Source of the DNA: an uncultured Verrucomicrobiae bacterium
Lineage (GTDB): Bacteria; Verrucomicrobiota; Verrucomicrobiia; Limisphaerales; Palsa-1400
Assembly: GCA_963707025.1 (NCBI GenBank)
Contig: CAVPOM010000012.1
Span: 128,001 to 192,000, forward strand
Length of the DNA: 64,000 nucleotides
Direction of reading: 5' to 3'
This document shows positions 41,485 to 51,729 of the stretch, piece by piece (the first letter of the stretch is position 1; every line of letters begins with the position of its first letter). The translations under genes were made by a program, and so were the position numbers. The notes below the pieces were generated by a model that saw nothing but the letters and a program-made list of their open reading frames with translations, did no database searches and was not told the DNA's origin.

Positions 41485-43644
41485 ATGGCCGAGCCATCTT
41501 CACCTTCGTCCGCGTCCCCAGGCCCGGCCCTTTATCCGGCGCGCCGCGTCCGCGGAGGCTGGCGGGTTTTTCTATTTTACTCCTCGGCTCTCTTGCTGAC
41601 CGGGCTGGTTTCCATGTTGTTCGCCGACTTGATTTGGCGCTCGGGTTGGTCCACCTCGGGCTTCTGCCTGATCGGCCTGTTCGTCATCCTTTTCCTGCTC
41701 ACCGCCATCGGCTGCATGCATGCCATTTTTGGTTTTACGGTGCGGTTGATGGACGGCGACGCCCGCATCACCCGCCTGGCCGATTACCGGGCCAAAAGTC
41801 TGACGGGGATCAGCACCGCGCTGATTTTCCCGGTTTACAACGAGGAAATCGTGCGTGCTTACGAGGGCCTGCGCGCCACTTTCCAGTCGCTCGAAAAAAC
41901 CGGCCAGCTCCAACGCTTCGACTTCTTCATTCTCAGCGATTCGACGGACCCGGACAAGTGGATCGAAGAGGAGCGGCGCTGGTTTGAATTGATCCGCGAG
42001 TTGGACGCGCTGGGGCGGATTTATTACCGGCGGCGCGCCGCCAATGAGGCCAGGAAAAGCGGCAACGTCCGCGATTTTTTGAATTCGTGGGGGCGGCGCT
42101 ATCGCTACTTCATGGTGTTCGACGCCGACAGCGTGATGCGGGGCGGGACGGTGGTGGACCTGGTAAAATTGATGGAGGCCCATCCGGCAGCGGGGCTGAT
42201 TCAAACCGTGCCGGCGCTGGTGGAGGCCGAATCGCTGTTTGGGCGGATCCAGCAATTTGCCAACCGGCTCTACGCGCCGGTGTTCATCGCGGGATTGAAT
42301 TTTTGGGCGCAGGGATTTGGCAATTACTGGGGCCACAACGCCATCATCCGCACCGAGGCGTTCATGCAATGCTGCGACCTGCCGCAATTGCCGGGGAGCA
42401 AACCGTTTGGCGGGCAGATCCTGAGCCACGATTTTGTGGAGGCGGCCTTGCTGCTCAAGGAACACTGGCAGGTCTGGTTCGCCTGCGACCTGGAGGGAAG
42501 CTACGAGGAGGCGCCGCAAACCATGATTGACAATGCGGCCCGGGAGCGGCGCTGGTGCCAGGGCAACTTGCAGCACGCCATGGTCATCCTGGCCGGAGGC
42601 CTGCGCGGCCTGAGCCGGGTCCACCTGGCCATGGGCATCCTGGGGTATCTGGCCAGCCCGCTCTGGCTCTGCTTCCTGCTCACCTTCAACTGGATGCTCT
42701 GGTACAAGCAGCACACCGGGCTTTCCGACATCATGGTGCGCAACTTCACCCCGTTCCTGCGCTTGAGCGGGACGGAGCACGCCCTTTTTATTTTTGTCAT
42801 TTGCATGGCGGTGCTTTTTTTGCCCAAGGTCCTGGCGCTGGTGGATCTGGCTCTGGACCGCCGGCGTCTGCGCGCCTTTGGCGGCCTGACCCACGCCACG
42901 GTGGGGGCGGTGGCCGAAACCGCCTTCTCCGCGCTGCACGCTCCCATCCTGATGCTGTGGCACTCCCAGTTTGTCGTCTCCGCGCTTTTGGGCCGGGACA
43001 CCTCCTGGGGGCCGCAGCAGCGCATCGCCGCGGGCGTCGGCTGGGCCGAAGCGGCGCCGCGGCTGGGCCTGCCTGCTTTGATCGGGCTGGTTTGGGGCGG
43101 GGCGGTCTGGCAGCTTGACCAGCGCACTTTCTGGTGGTTTGTTCCGGTGGTGGCGGGGATGGTTCTGAGCATTCCCTTGTGCGTGCTGACCAGCCGCGCC
43201 AGTTGGGGCGGGCGCGCCCGCGAGTTGGGCCTCTTCTTGACTCCCGAAGAAACCAGCCCGCCGCTTGAACTGGCCGGATTGCGCGCGCGCATGGCGGAGT
43301 TGCGCGCGGCGGGCCAAACCGCGCCGCGCCCGCGCGATTCCGGCATGGCGGCGGCGGTTTTGGACCCTTACGTCAATGCCTTGCACGCCTCCTTGTTGCG
43401 GGAAAACCGGCTCAACCCCGTCCATGCCAGAGTGCTGGCGGAAATGGGGGTGGGCGGGCCGGAGGTGCCGCGCTTGCGCGAGCGCCTGCTGGCGGAAGGC
43501 CCGGAGAAACTGCAGCCGCGCGAAAAGCTGCTCATCCTGTCCGACGCCGAATCGTTGCCCTGGCTGCACCGCCAGGTCTGGCTGCGCCCGGCCGGGACGC
43601 TGGCCCCGTGGTGGCAGGCCGCCGCGCGGGAATACGCCCGTTAA
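41485..43644 (+). CDS. opgH: Glucans biosynthesis glucosyltransferase H
   Basis: PVYNE, FILSDS, RKSGNV.DF, DADSVM, YWGHNAIIR, SHDFVEA, RRWCQGNLQH. Confidence 0.95.
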   Translation: MAEPSSPSSASPGPALYPARRVRGGWRVFLFYSSALLLTGLVSMLFADLIWRSGWSTSGFCLIGLFVILFLLTAIGCMHAIFGFTVRLMDGDARITRLADYRAKSLTGISTALIFPVYNEEIVRAYEGLRATFQSLEKTGQLQRFDFFILSDSTDPDKWIEEERRWFELIRELDALGRIYYRRRAANEARKSGNVRDFLNSWGRRYRYFMVFDADSVMRGGTVVDLVKLMEAHPAAGLIQTVPALVEAESLFGRIQQFANRLYAPVFIAGLNFWAQGFGNYWGHNAIIRTEAFMQCCDLPQLPGSKPFGGQILSHDFVEAALLLKEHWQVWFACDLEGSYEEAPQTMIDNAARERRWCQGNLQHAMVILAGGLRGLSRVHLAMGILGYLASPLWLCFLLTFNWMLWYKQHTGLSDIMVRNFTPFLRLSGTEHALFIFVICMAVLFLPKVLALVDLALDRRRLRAFGGLTHATVGAVAETAFSALHAPILMLWHSQFVVSALLGRDTSWGPQQRIAAGVGWAEAAPRLGLPALIGLVWGGAVWQLDQRTFWWFVPVVAGMVLSIPLCVLTSRASWGGRARELGLFLTPEETSPPLELAGLRARMAELRAAGQTAPRPRDSGMAAAVLDPYVNALHASLLRENRLNPVHARVLAEMGVGGPEVPRLRERLLAEGPEKLQPREKLLILSDAESLPWLHRQVWLRPAGTLAPWWQAAAREYAR

Positions 43645-43748
43645 GCGGCCTCTGCCCTCTTCGCTCCACGGGCCGCAAGGACCTCCTGGCCGCATACGCC
43701 ACTGGCTGGCCGGCAAACCGTTTTGCCAGCCGCGGGATGCGGCGGCCC

Positions 43749-43836
43749 GCAGTGCCTTAATTTGGTGCAGAGTCGGGCCTGTGGCTCGACTTCGGCGCAC
43801 AGCGCCGACACTACAACAATGAAATTGAGGCGCTAC
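43749..43836. repeat. Second copy of the 10819-10910 MITE-like element
   Basis: Identical core GCCTGTGGCTCGACTTCGGCGCACAGCGCCGACACTACAACAATGAAATT. Confidence 0.85.
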
Positions 43837-43888
43837 CCGGCGCCCCGGGGGCTTGACTTTTTCGGGCAATCTGACTTCTTAACCACGC

Positions 43889-44617
43889 ATGGTGCGCGTG
43901 TTTTTCAGATGGGCGCCGGCCGGCGTTTTGGCGGTGCTGGCCTGTGCGCCCTGTCAGGCCGGAGATCGCGGTGTGCCAGCTTCCCATGGCATCGCCAACT
44001 TTGGCCGGGTCAACGACCGCCTTTACCGCGGCGCCCAGCCGGATGCGGCCGGCCTCTCCAGCCTGAAAAGTCTTGGTGTCAAGACCATTATCTGTCTGCG
44101 CATGGCCGGCGACCTGTGGGCGCCGGAAAAGGATGAGGCCGCCAACAACGGCATGACCTTCATCAACATCCCTCTCAAGGGAACGGGCAGGCCGCAGGGC
44201 CGCGATGTCGCGCGCGCGCTTTCCATTATTGAAAATTCGCCCGGCCCGGTCTTTGTGCATTGCGAGCACGGCTGCGACCGCACCGGCACGATCATCGCCT
44301 GCTACCGCATTGCGCAGGACCATTGGACGGGCGCGGCGGCCCAAAAGGAGGCCGACCGCTATGGGATGTCCCCGCTGGAGCGCGGGATGAAGCGCTTCAT
44401 CGCCGATTTCGCCGGCCCCGCCCCCAAACCGCGGGGCGGCACGCCGCACCAGCAATCGGCGAAATTTAGGCTCGCGCCGGCGGGCCCGCTTGCTAAATTG
44501 ACCCCATGCGCACGGCGATTTATCCCGGCAGTTTCGATCCCATCACCAACGGGCACCTGGATCTGGTGCAACGCGCCGCCAAGCTTTTTGACCGCGTCAT
44601 CGTGGCCGTGGCGGTGA
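43889..44617 (+). CDS. Secreted protein-tyrosine/dual-specificity phosphatase-like protein (3' end doubtful, overlaps coaD)
   Basis: NF.RV...LYRGAQP, VHCEHGCDRTG (CX5R). Confidence 0.8.
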   Translation: MVRVFFRWAPAGVLAVLACAPCQAGDRGVPASHGIANFGRVNDRLYRGAQPDAAGLSSLKSLGVKTIICLRMAGDLWAPEKDEAANNGMTFINIPLKGTGRPQGRDVARALSIIENSPGPVFVHCEHGCDRTGTIIACYRIAQDHWTGAAAQKEADRYGMSPLERGMKRFIADFAGPAPKPRGGTPHQQSAKFRLAPAGPLAKLTPCARRFIPAVSIPSPTGTWIWCNAPPSFLTASSWPWR

Positions 44618-45003
44618 ACGAAGGCAAAAAACCGTTGTTCACCCTCAACGAGCGGATGGCCATGGTCCGAACTTCCCTGCAAGCCTTCCCGGCGGCCGAG
44701 GCGGATTGGTTTGACGGTTTGCTCGTCAATTATGTGGACAAGCAGGGCGGACAGGCCATCATCCGGGGTCTGCGGGCGGTTTCGGATTTTGAGTTTGAGT
44801 TTCAACTGGCGCTGATGAACCGGAAGTTGAACGAGGGTGTGGAAACCATTTTCATGATGCCCAAGGATACCTACACCTTCCTCAGTTCGCGCATCGTCAA
44901 GGAAATCGCCCGGCTGGGGGGTGATGTCAGCTCCTTCGTGCCGGAGCCGGTCCGCCAGGCGCTCTCTGCAAAATTCAAGTCCCAGGCCCCGCCATGTCCT
45001 TAA
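44506..45003 (+). CDS. coaD: Phosphopantetheine adenylyltransferase
   Basis: YPGSFDPITNGH, RGLRAVSDFEFE. Confidence 0.97.
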   Translation: MRTAIYPGSFDPITNGHLDLVQRAAKLFDRVIVAVAVNEGKKPLFTLNERMAMVRTSLQAFPAAEADWFDGLLVNYVDKQGGQAIIRGLRAVSDFEFEFQLALMNRKLNEGVETIFMMPKDTYTFLSSRIVKEIARLGGDVSSFVPEPVRQALSAKFKSQAPPCP

Positions 45004-45479
45004 AGATCAATGTCCGCCATCTGGAGGAAAAGGACCTTCAAGTCCAAGGCAAGCTGCCGGCCCCGGAACTGGAACTGGACGACCGCGACGAGCTGGTGCG
45101 GGCGCGCCTGCCCTTGCACTATGACTTGACCGCGCATCAGGCCGGGCAGGATGTTCTGGTGAGAGGCCGCTTGGAAATGGCGCTGGATTGCGAGTGCGCG
45201 CGGTGCCTCAAGCCCTTCCGCTTCCGGCTGAAAATACCGGATTGGCTGCTGCATCTGCCCGCCCAAGGCCCGGACAAGGCGGTGTTGCAGGATGATGTCG
45301 TGGATTTGACACCCTACCTCAGGGAAGCGATTCTGCTTGAATTTCCCCAACATCCGTTGTGTCATGGCGATTGCGCCGGATTGCCCCAGCGGGCGGACGC
45401 CAGCAGCCAGAAAACCGAAGGGGCCGGCCGGATGCCAGCGGCGACGGCCTGGGCTGAATTAAACAAACTAAAGTTCTAA
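44994..45479 (+). CDS. YceD/DUF177 family protein
   Basis: ECARCL, PLC...C.GL; upstream of rpmF. Confidence 0.9.
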   Translation: MSLKINVRHLEEKDLQVQGKLPAPELELDDRDELVRARLPLHYDLTAHQAGQDVLVRGRLEMALDCECARCLKPFRFRLKIPDWLLHLPAQGPDKAVLQDDVVDLTPYLREAILLEFPQHPLCHGDCAGLPQRADASSQKTEGAGRMPAATAWAELNKLKF

Positions 45480-45492
45480 CAGACAAAAAGTT

Positions 45493-45681
45493 ATGGGAGT
45501 TCCAAAACGCAAGCCTTCCCACAGCCGGCAGAGGATGCGGCGCGCTTACAACAGCGTCCTCAAGCTGCCGCAATTAAGCACCTGCCCGCAATGCGCCGCG
45601 CCCTATGTGCCGCACCGGGTTTGTCCGGCTTGCGGTTACTACAAAGGCCGCCAGGTTATTTCGGTCCAAGTCAAGGCATAA
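45493..45681 (+). CDS. rpmF: 50S ribosomal protein L32 (Zn-binding type)
   Basis: GVPKRKPS...CPQC...HRVCPACGYYKG. Confidence 0.97.
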   Translation: MGVPKRKPSHSRQRMRRAYNSVLKLPQLSTCPQCAAPYVPHRVCPACGYYKGRQVISVQVKA

Positions 45682-45730
45682 TCCGGTTTTTGGGCAGCGC
45701 GGCCGCCACTCTCCCGCGCTCTTTTCGTTT

Positions 45731-46753
45731 ATGCGAATCGTTGTGGATGTGATGGGCGGGGATCACGGCCCGGAAGTTATCATTGACGGCGCCAGGCTGG
45801 CCTTGCAATCCAATGCCGCCATCACCGGGCTTTGTTTGGTGGGCCGCGAGGAAGAAATTAAAGCAGCCATGACCCGGGTCGGCTGCGCCGATCCGCGCGT
45901 CCAGGTCCTGCACGCCAGCGAAGTCGTCACCATGGATGACAAACCGGTGGAAGGCTTGCGGCGGAAAAAAGACTGCTCCATCCTGCGGGCGGTGGACCTG
46001 CTCAACGAAGGCAAGGCGGACGCCTTGATTTCTCCGGGCAACACCGGCGGGATTGTGGCCGCCGCGATGATCCGGCTGCGCCCGCTGGCGGGGCTGGACC
46101 GCCCCTGCATCGCCACCGTCATCCCGGCGCCGGACAATGAATTTGTCCTGCTGGATTCCGGGGCCAGCGTGGAATGCCATCCCCGGAATTTGCTGGAATT
46201 TGCCATCATGGGGAGTATTTACTCGCGGGAGATTCTCGGCTACAAGACCCCGCGAGTCGGCATTTTGAGCAACGGCACCGAGCCGAACAAAGGCACCGAA
46301 TTGACAAAGGAAACCTGCAAACTCTGCCAGCAAGTCAACCTCAACTTCATCGGCCACGTCGAAGGGCACGACCTTTTTCACAACCGCGTGGACGTGGTGG
46401 TGTGCGACGGCTTTGTCGGCAACATTGTGTTAAAAACCATGGAGAGCCTTTTCAAAGGCATGGCCGCGTGGCTCAAAAGTGAAATCACCAGGAACCCAAA
46501 ACGCCAACTGGGCGCCTGGCTGTCCAGGAACGCCTTCCGCACCATCGCCCGGCGCATGGACCCCGACGGCCGGGGGGGGGCGCCGCTGCTGGGATTGAAC
46601 GGCACCATTGTCAAGGCGCACGGCTCGGCCCGCGAACGGGCCATTATGAATGCCATCCACCTCGCCGTCGAGGCGCTGCAGCACCACATTAACGACATGA
46701 TCCAGGCAGAGGTGGCCCAGGCCGCCGCGCGCCTGGCGGAGGCCAAAACATGA
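45731..46753 (+). CDS. plsX: Phosphate acyltransferase
   Basis: VDVMGGDHGP, GNTG, DGFVGN, GGAPLLGLNG...KAHGS. Confidence 0.97.
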   Translation: MRIVVDVMGGDHGPEVIIDGARLALQSNAAITGLCLVGREEEIKAAMTRVGCADPRVQVLHASEVVTMDDKPVEGLRRKKDCSILRAVDLLNEGKADALISPGNTGGIVAAAMIRLRPLAGLDRPCIATVIPAPDNEFVLLDSGASVECHPRNLLEFAIMGSIYSREILGYKTPRVGILSNGTEPNKGTELTKETCKLCQQVNLNFIGHVEGHDLFHNRVDVVVCDGFVGNIVLKTMESLFKGMAAWLKSEITRNPKRQLGAWLSRNAFRTIARRMDPDGRGGAPLLGLNGTIVKAHGSARERAIMNAIHLAVEALQHHINDMIQAEVAQAAARLAEAKT

Positions 46754-47784
46754 CTCACCCGGCTAAAAAATTCATCAACCCGCGCGCCCGCCACCAATTC
46801 AAGAGCCGCACCTGTTCCATCGCCGCCGTCGGCTCCTACGTGCCGCCACGGATCCTGACCAATGACGATCTTGGGAAAATGGTGGACACCTCCGACGAAT
46901 GGATCACCAGCCGCACCGGCATCAAGGAGCGCCGCATCGCGGCCAAGCACGAGCACACCTCCGACCTGGCCGCCAAAGCCGCCCTGGCCGCCATGACACG
47001 GGCCAGGGTGACGGCCGAACAAATTGATCTGATCATCGTGGCCACCATCACGCCGGACATGCCCTTTCCCTCCACCGCCTGCGTCGTGCAGCGCAAAATC
47101 GGGGCCAGACACGCCGTGGCCTTTGACATCGAAGCGGCCTGTTCGGGTTTTATTTTCGCGCTGGAAATCGGCCAGCACTTCATCATGGCCCACACCGCCG
47201 AGACCGTCCTGGTCATCGGCGCCGACAAACTCTCCACCATCGTCAATTGGAAGGACCGCAACACCTGCGTCCTTTTCGGCGACGGCGCCGGAGCGGCCAT
47301 TTTGCGCAACCGGCCCAACGCCCACGGCCTGCTCACCACCTGCATGGGTTCGGACGGAAACAAAGGCGATTTGTTGTGCATGCCCGGCGGCGGCTCGCAA
47401 TGCCCGGCCTCCGTCCATTCCCTGGCCACCGGAATGCATTATTTGCGCATGGACGGCAAAGAAACCTTCAAAAACGCCGTCACCGCCATGCACACCGCGG
47501 CCAGCGAGGCCTTGCGCCGCTGCGCCACCGACATTGCCCAGATCAAGTGCGTCATTCCCCATCAGGCCAACCGTCGTATTATTGACGCCGTGGCCGCGCG
47601 CCTGGGCGCGACCCCGGACCAGGTTTTTACCAACCTGGAAAAATACGGCAACACCTCCGCCGCCTCCGTGGCCATCGCGCTGGACGAGGCCGTGCAGCAG
47701 GGCCGCATCCTCAAGGGCGACCTGATTCTGCTCATCGCCTTCGGCGCCGGCCTGACCTGGGCCGCCGCGGTCATTGAATGGTGA
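46750..47784 (+). CDS. fabH: 3-oxoacyl-ACP synthase III
   Basis: AACSGF, PHQAN, GNTSAAS, FGAGLTW. Confidence 0.97.
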   Translation: MTHPAKKFINPRARHQFKSRTCSIAAVGSYVPPRILTNDDLGKMVDTSDEWITSRTGIKERRIAAKHEHTSDLAAKAALAAMTRARVTAEQIDLIIVATITPDMPFPSTACVVQRKIGARHAVAFDIEAACSGFIFALEIGQHFIMAHTAETVLVIGADKLSTIVNWKDRNTCVLFGDGAGAAILRNRPNAHGLLTTCMGSDGNKGDLLCMPGGGSQCPASVHSLATGMHYLRMDGKETFKNAVTAMHTAASEALRRCATDIAQIKCVIPHQANRRIIDAVAARLGATPDQVFTNLEKYGNTSAASVAIALDEAVQQGRILKGDLILLIAFGAGLTWAAAVIEW

Positions 47785-47828
47785 AGTCTGAATGGGGAAT
47801 GGTGAAAGTCGCATTCCTCCCAGCGCCA

Positions 47829-48080
47829 TCACCCCATCACTCCACCACTCCATTCCGCCCCACCGCCCTGCGTGACGCGTCGGTGGCGCTCCCGGTGTTG
47901 CAACCGGGCGCGGGTCATGCGCTCGCGCAAGCCGCCTTGTCCAGGAAATCCTGCTCCAAACGGCGGAGTTGCCGGTCGAGCAGGTTATTGGTCTGGTGGA
48001 TGAGGCAGAGCGCGATGTTGGCCACCACTTCGGGCAGGCGGGTTTCCACGAATTCGCGGTAGTCCTCATAATACCTTTTC
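47829..48080 (-). pseudogene. 3' remnant of a four-helix-bundle suffix-domain gene, frameshifted
   Basis: YREFVETRLPEVVANIALCLIHQTNNLLDRQLRRLEQDFL, then in a shifted frame GGLRERMTRARL (motif recalled for TIGR04258-type proteins); no N-terminus. Confidence 0.7.
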
Positions 48081-48210
48081 CGGTTTGCTTTTGCACTGTA
48101 GCGGCGGTCTGCGACCGCCGCAAATCGCCTTGGCAATAGTGCAATTACAAACTGGAAACGGTATAAGTCGTCTGGCGGCCCAGCTTGCGGACGTATCGGG
48201 CTTCCTTGCT

Positions 48211-50862
48211 TTATTTGGGCAGGGCGGGGAGGAGGGCGAGGATGTCTTGCTGTTGCTGATACCACTCGCGCAATGGCCGGGAGAGCTGCGACACCTTGAA
48301 ATCCTTGAGATGATCAATTTGCAACGAGGCCTCCACGTCTTTCTTCAGTTCACCGTTCAGGTCGGACTTGGCATCTTCGGCCCAGCTTTTGAAGGAGCCG
48401 GTCTTTTCGTTGAGCGCCTTGGCCGCGGCCAGACGGGTCTCCTGATCGTATTTGAATTCGACCACCTCGACCCGGCCGGCGTTGAGCTTGCCGGAGATGC
48501 GGTTGGTTTCGTCCTTCTTGGCGGTGACGACGATTTTGGCCAGTTCGATGATGCGTTGCTCCAATTTGCTCACGGCGTCGTCTTCCCCGACGGCGCCGTT
48601 GGCTTCGACGCCGAGGGTGCGGGGCGCGTCCTCCAGGCGGAGGCAGACCTGCTTGACGGTTTCCTTCTCCAGTTGCTCGAAGAAGATCTTGCCGCGCTGG
48701 ATGATCAGGTCGTGCTCCTCCTTGGTGAAGTTGGTTTTCTTGTCGTCCAGGCCGACAAAGGTCTTGTAGTTGGTGGAATCGAGGAGTTTTTCCAGGCGGG
48801 CGGTCAGGTTGCTGGTGTTGAGACGCTGGACGACGGGTACATTGGTGGGTTCCTGTTTGAGGTCCAGTTTCAGGTCCACGGGCAGGAAGGAAAAGACGGC
48901 GCGATCCGGCCCGCCCAACTGGGTGAGCTGGGTGTTGAGATATTTCCAGTGGGCCTGATAACGTTCCTTCTGGTTCAGGTCGCCCACGAAGTCGAACTGG
49001 TTCTCGATGCGCACGGAGCGGGTGTCCTTGCGAAACCAGGAGAGCTCGTCGGCAAACTGGTAGGACAGTTGCCGGGCGTAGGCGACCGGGCTTAAGTTGA
49101 CCTGTTCCAGCGGAACCCGGTCGTTGGTGTTGCGCGGGGTGCGGGCGCGGATGAAGGTCTCGATGATGGCGTTGGGCAGCAAATTGATGGTCTCGGCCAT
49201 GTCGGCGTAGGCATTGACGACCGGGTCGGGGCCGTAGTCGAAGCGGCGCACGTCGCCGTAGCGGCCCACGTCGTCATCGGTGGCGAAGAGCATTTTCTTG
49301 TCGCGCGCCTCGGAAGAGTTGAAATAGCCCCAGGCGATGGCGGCGCGGTCGTGCGGCAGGGCTTCCTTGAGCGTGCGCATGCGCCAGCCGATGAAAACGC
49401 CGCTTTGCAAAATGTTATAGTCCATGACGGAGTTGGCGGTCAGCTTGTTGGTGAAGGCGTCGGCGGGCTTGCCGGCGACGTAGGCCTTGAACCAGTCATC
49501 CAATTCCTTGCGGCTCAGCGTGGCATCCAGGCTGCCGGCAAAATTGTGGCGCAGGCCCAGGACGTGGCCGACCTCATGGGCGACGACTTCGCGGACATAA
49601 TCCTGCGAGATGCGCAGCACCGCCTCGTCGGTCAGGGCGTCGTTGGTCAGGACTTCCTGGAGGCCGTGGGCCATTTGCCGGGCGAATTCCTGCTGGTCCA
49701 TCTCGCAGGCGGGGGCGGAGGAGAAGAAGGGCAGCTTGAAACGCAAGGCGGCGGTGTTCTTCTTGTCGTCCTTTTTCGGCTCGGCCATTTCCTCCAGCGT
49801 GCGCAGGAGGATGCGGGCGTCGGCCCGGCCATAGAAGGCAAAGACGCTGGTGATGTAGGCCTGCCCGTGCTCGGACTCGCCGCTGAGGGGATCCAGCAGG
49901 GCGTCGGCATAAGCGAAGCCGGCGTTGTCCCACGGCACCCATTGAATGATATTATACTTGGCATTGGGCGCGGTCGCGCCGTTGGGGGCCTTGGCCGCCA
50001 GCACGATTTCCTTGCCAAAGGCCAGGTTCCAATAGAGGATGCCATCCTTGACCGCGTCCACGTAATTGGAGGGGGTGTTGGCGGAATAGTAGAAGGTGAC
50101 CGGGTGGCGGATGTCGAAGCGGGCAATGCGGGTGGATACCCGGCCGGTGACCGGCTCGATTTGGCCGTCGGTTTCAAAGAAGCGGGCGTAGCGGTTGTCA
50201 ATAATGCTGGGTTCCTTGCCATCATAGGCGCCGGGCTTGTAGGGGCTGAGGAAGTAACGCGCCTCGTAACGCGCTTCCAGGTTTTCGTCGCTCTGGCGGC
50301 TGCGCAACTGGACGCTTTGGCGGATGATGACCCGGCCCTCCTCCTGGCGCATCTCGAAGACGCGGCTTTCCGGCACCTCCAGCACCCGGTCACGCCCATC
50401 CAGGTCCAGCCCGCCGCCTTCCGTCCAGGTCTGGGTGAAGACGCGGTGCATCCCCTTGTTGAAATCAATCACCACCCGGCTGGCGTTCTGGCTGACGATG
50501 GCAAAGCTGGCCAGGAGGCGGCGCGCCGGCAAATCCTCCGTCACCACCAGCCCGCGGGTGGACTCATACATGTCCACCCCGTCGGGGAACAATTCAAACC
50601 GCACGATTTTGCCCGCCAACCCGGTGCTGGTGGCGGCCCGCGTCTGCGGAATCAGGGACGCGGTGAACAGATAGTCCAGGCCGAGGCCGGCTTTGGGGAT
50701 GGCCAGTTGAAAGCCGTCCGCCACCTGCAATTCCGGCGCGATCTTGTTGGTCTCCTCGGCCGGGGCTGACCGCAGCTCGCCGGCGGCGGCAAAGAAAAGG
50801 AGAGGGATGAGCGTGGCCGCGACCTTCGCCAGTCGCGGCGTGGAAAGACGAAGTTGGTTCAT
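48211..50862 (-). CDS. Secreted zinc-dependent metalloprotease (metzincin, EcxA/DUF4953-like)
   Basis: HEVGHVLGLRHNF plus SVMDY Met-turn; signal peptide. Confidence 0.88.
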   Translation of the reverse strand: MNQLRLSTPRLAKVAATLIPLLFFAAAGELRSAPAEETNKIAPELQVADGFQLAIPKAGLGLDYLFTASLIPQTRAATSTGLAGKIVRFELFPDGVDMYESTRGLVVTEDLPARRLLASFAIVSQNASRVVIDFNKGMHRVFTQTWTEGGGLDLDGRDRVLEVPESRVFEMRQEEGRVIIRQSVQLRSRQSDENLEARYEARYFLSPYKPGAYDGKEPSIIDNRYARFFETDGQIEPVTGRVSTRIARFDIRHPVTFYYSANTPSNYVDAVKDGILYWNLAFGKEIVLAAKAPNGATAPNAKYNIIQWVPWDNAGFAYADALLDPLSGESEHGQAYITSVFAFYGRADARILLRTLEEMAEPKKDDKKNTAALRFKLPFFSSAPACEMDQQEFARQMAHGLQEVLTNDALTDEAVLRISQDYVREVVAHEVGHVLGLRHNFAGSLDATLSRKELDDWFKAYVAGKPADAFTNKLTANSVMDYNILQSGVFIGWRMRTLKEALPHDRAAIAWGYFNSSEARDKKMLFATDDDVGRYGDVRRFDYGPDPVVNAYADMAETINLLPNAIIETFIRARTPRNTNDRVPLEQVNLSPVAYARQLSYQFADELSWFRKDTRSVRIENQFDFVGDLNQKERYQAHWKYLNTQLTQLGGPDRAVFSFLPVDLKLDLKQEPTNVPVVQRLNTSNLTARLEKLLDSTNYKTFVGLDDKKTNFTKEEHDLIIQRGKIFFEQLEKETVKQVCLRLEDAPRTLGVEANGAVGEDDAVSKLEQRIIELAKIVVTAKKDETNRISGKLNAGRVEVVEFKYDQETRLAAAKALNEKTGSFKSWAEDAKSDLNGELKKDVEASLQIDHLKDFKVSQLSRPLREWYQQQQDILALLPALPK

Positions 50863-51006
50863 GTCAAGTCCTCAAGAACATGACCAAACCACCCAAACAG
50901 TGCAAGCCCAAAGCAAAAAGCAGTTTGGTTCAAAACCGCGCGGCCCTGCAAATAATCCTGTGCAAAAAAAGCCGGCGGGTTTTCTCCAATGGGCGCCAGA
51001 ACCATT

Positions 51007-51351
51007 TCAATCCAAGTCTTTGAGCATTTGCTCGATCGAGACGAGCATCGCCGGCACATCCTTCTGCACTGCATCCCACAACACTTGATAATCCACGTCA
51101 TCATATCCGTGGCTCAAGTGATCGCGTGTGCCGGCGATTTCCTTCCAGGGCACGCCAGGATGCCGCGCCCGCAATTCCATCGGCAGACGCTTGACACCCT
51201 CCCCCACGATTTCGATAAACCGCTCCAGCGCGGCGGTCGCCTGCCAGTCGGCTAGCAGCTCGTCCAGGGTCTTGCCCGCGCAAATCATCTGGAGACGGCG
51301 CGCCGCGTCTCGAATCTGCTGCAGCGTCGCCCGCGGATCATGCGCGCTCAT
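51007..51351 (-). CDS. HepT-like HEPN (DUF86) toxin
   Basis: EIVGEGVK, PWKEIAGTRDHLSHGY (RX4HXY). Confidence 0.9.
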   Translation of the reverse strand: MSAHDPRATLQQIRDAARRLQMICAGKTLDELLADWQATAALERFIEIVGEGVKRLPMELRARHPGVPWKEIAGTRDHLSHGYDDVDYQVLWDAVQKDVPAMLVSIEQMLKDLD

Positions 51352-51661
51352 AAATCGGAACTGCTTCCCGGCGCACTGCCGCTTCAATGTGCCGGTTGAG
51401 ACGCGAACAAAAATCCACCCTGCGGCCCATGATGGCGGCCAGTTCCTCACCGTAGCCAAAGTAACGAAACCCAACCCCTTTCAGCGCGTCCGGCTCGAAC
51501 TCCGCCAGCACATCCACGTCGCTCCGCGCCGGATCGAAGTCATCACGCAACACCGAGCCGAACACGCTCAACTTGCGGATGCCGTGCGCGCGACAGAACT
51601 CTGCGATCTTCTCGCGGTCAATCTGAATCGGCAATTCGGGTGAAACTTCACTCAAGCTCAT
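51338..51661 (-). CDS. MntA-like minimal nucleotidyltransferase antitoxin
   Basis: FGSVLRDDF...SDVDVL; overlaps the HEPN gene start. Confidence 0.9.
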   Translation of the reverse strand: MSLSEVSPELPIQIDREKIAEFCRAHGIRKLSVFGSVLRDDFDPARSDVDVLAEFEPDALKGVGFRYFGYGEELAAIMGRRVDFCSRLNRHIEAAVRREAVPIYERA

Positions 51662-51729
51662 GCCAAAAAGTAACGCATCCCCGCGCCAGTGTCACCCTGA
51701 AATCCAGGAAACCGCCAGAAACGGGAGCC

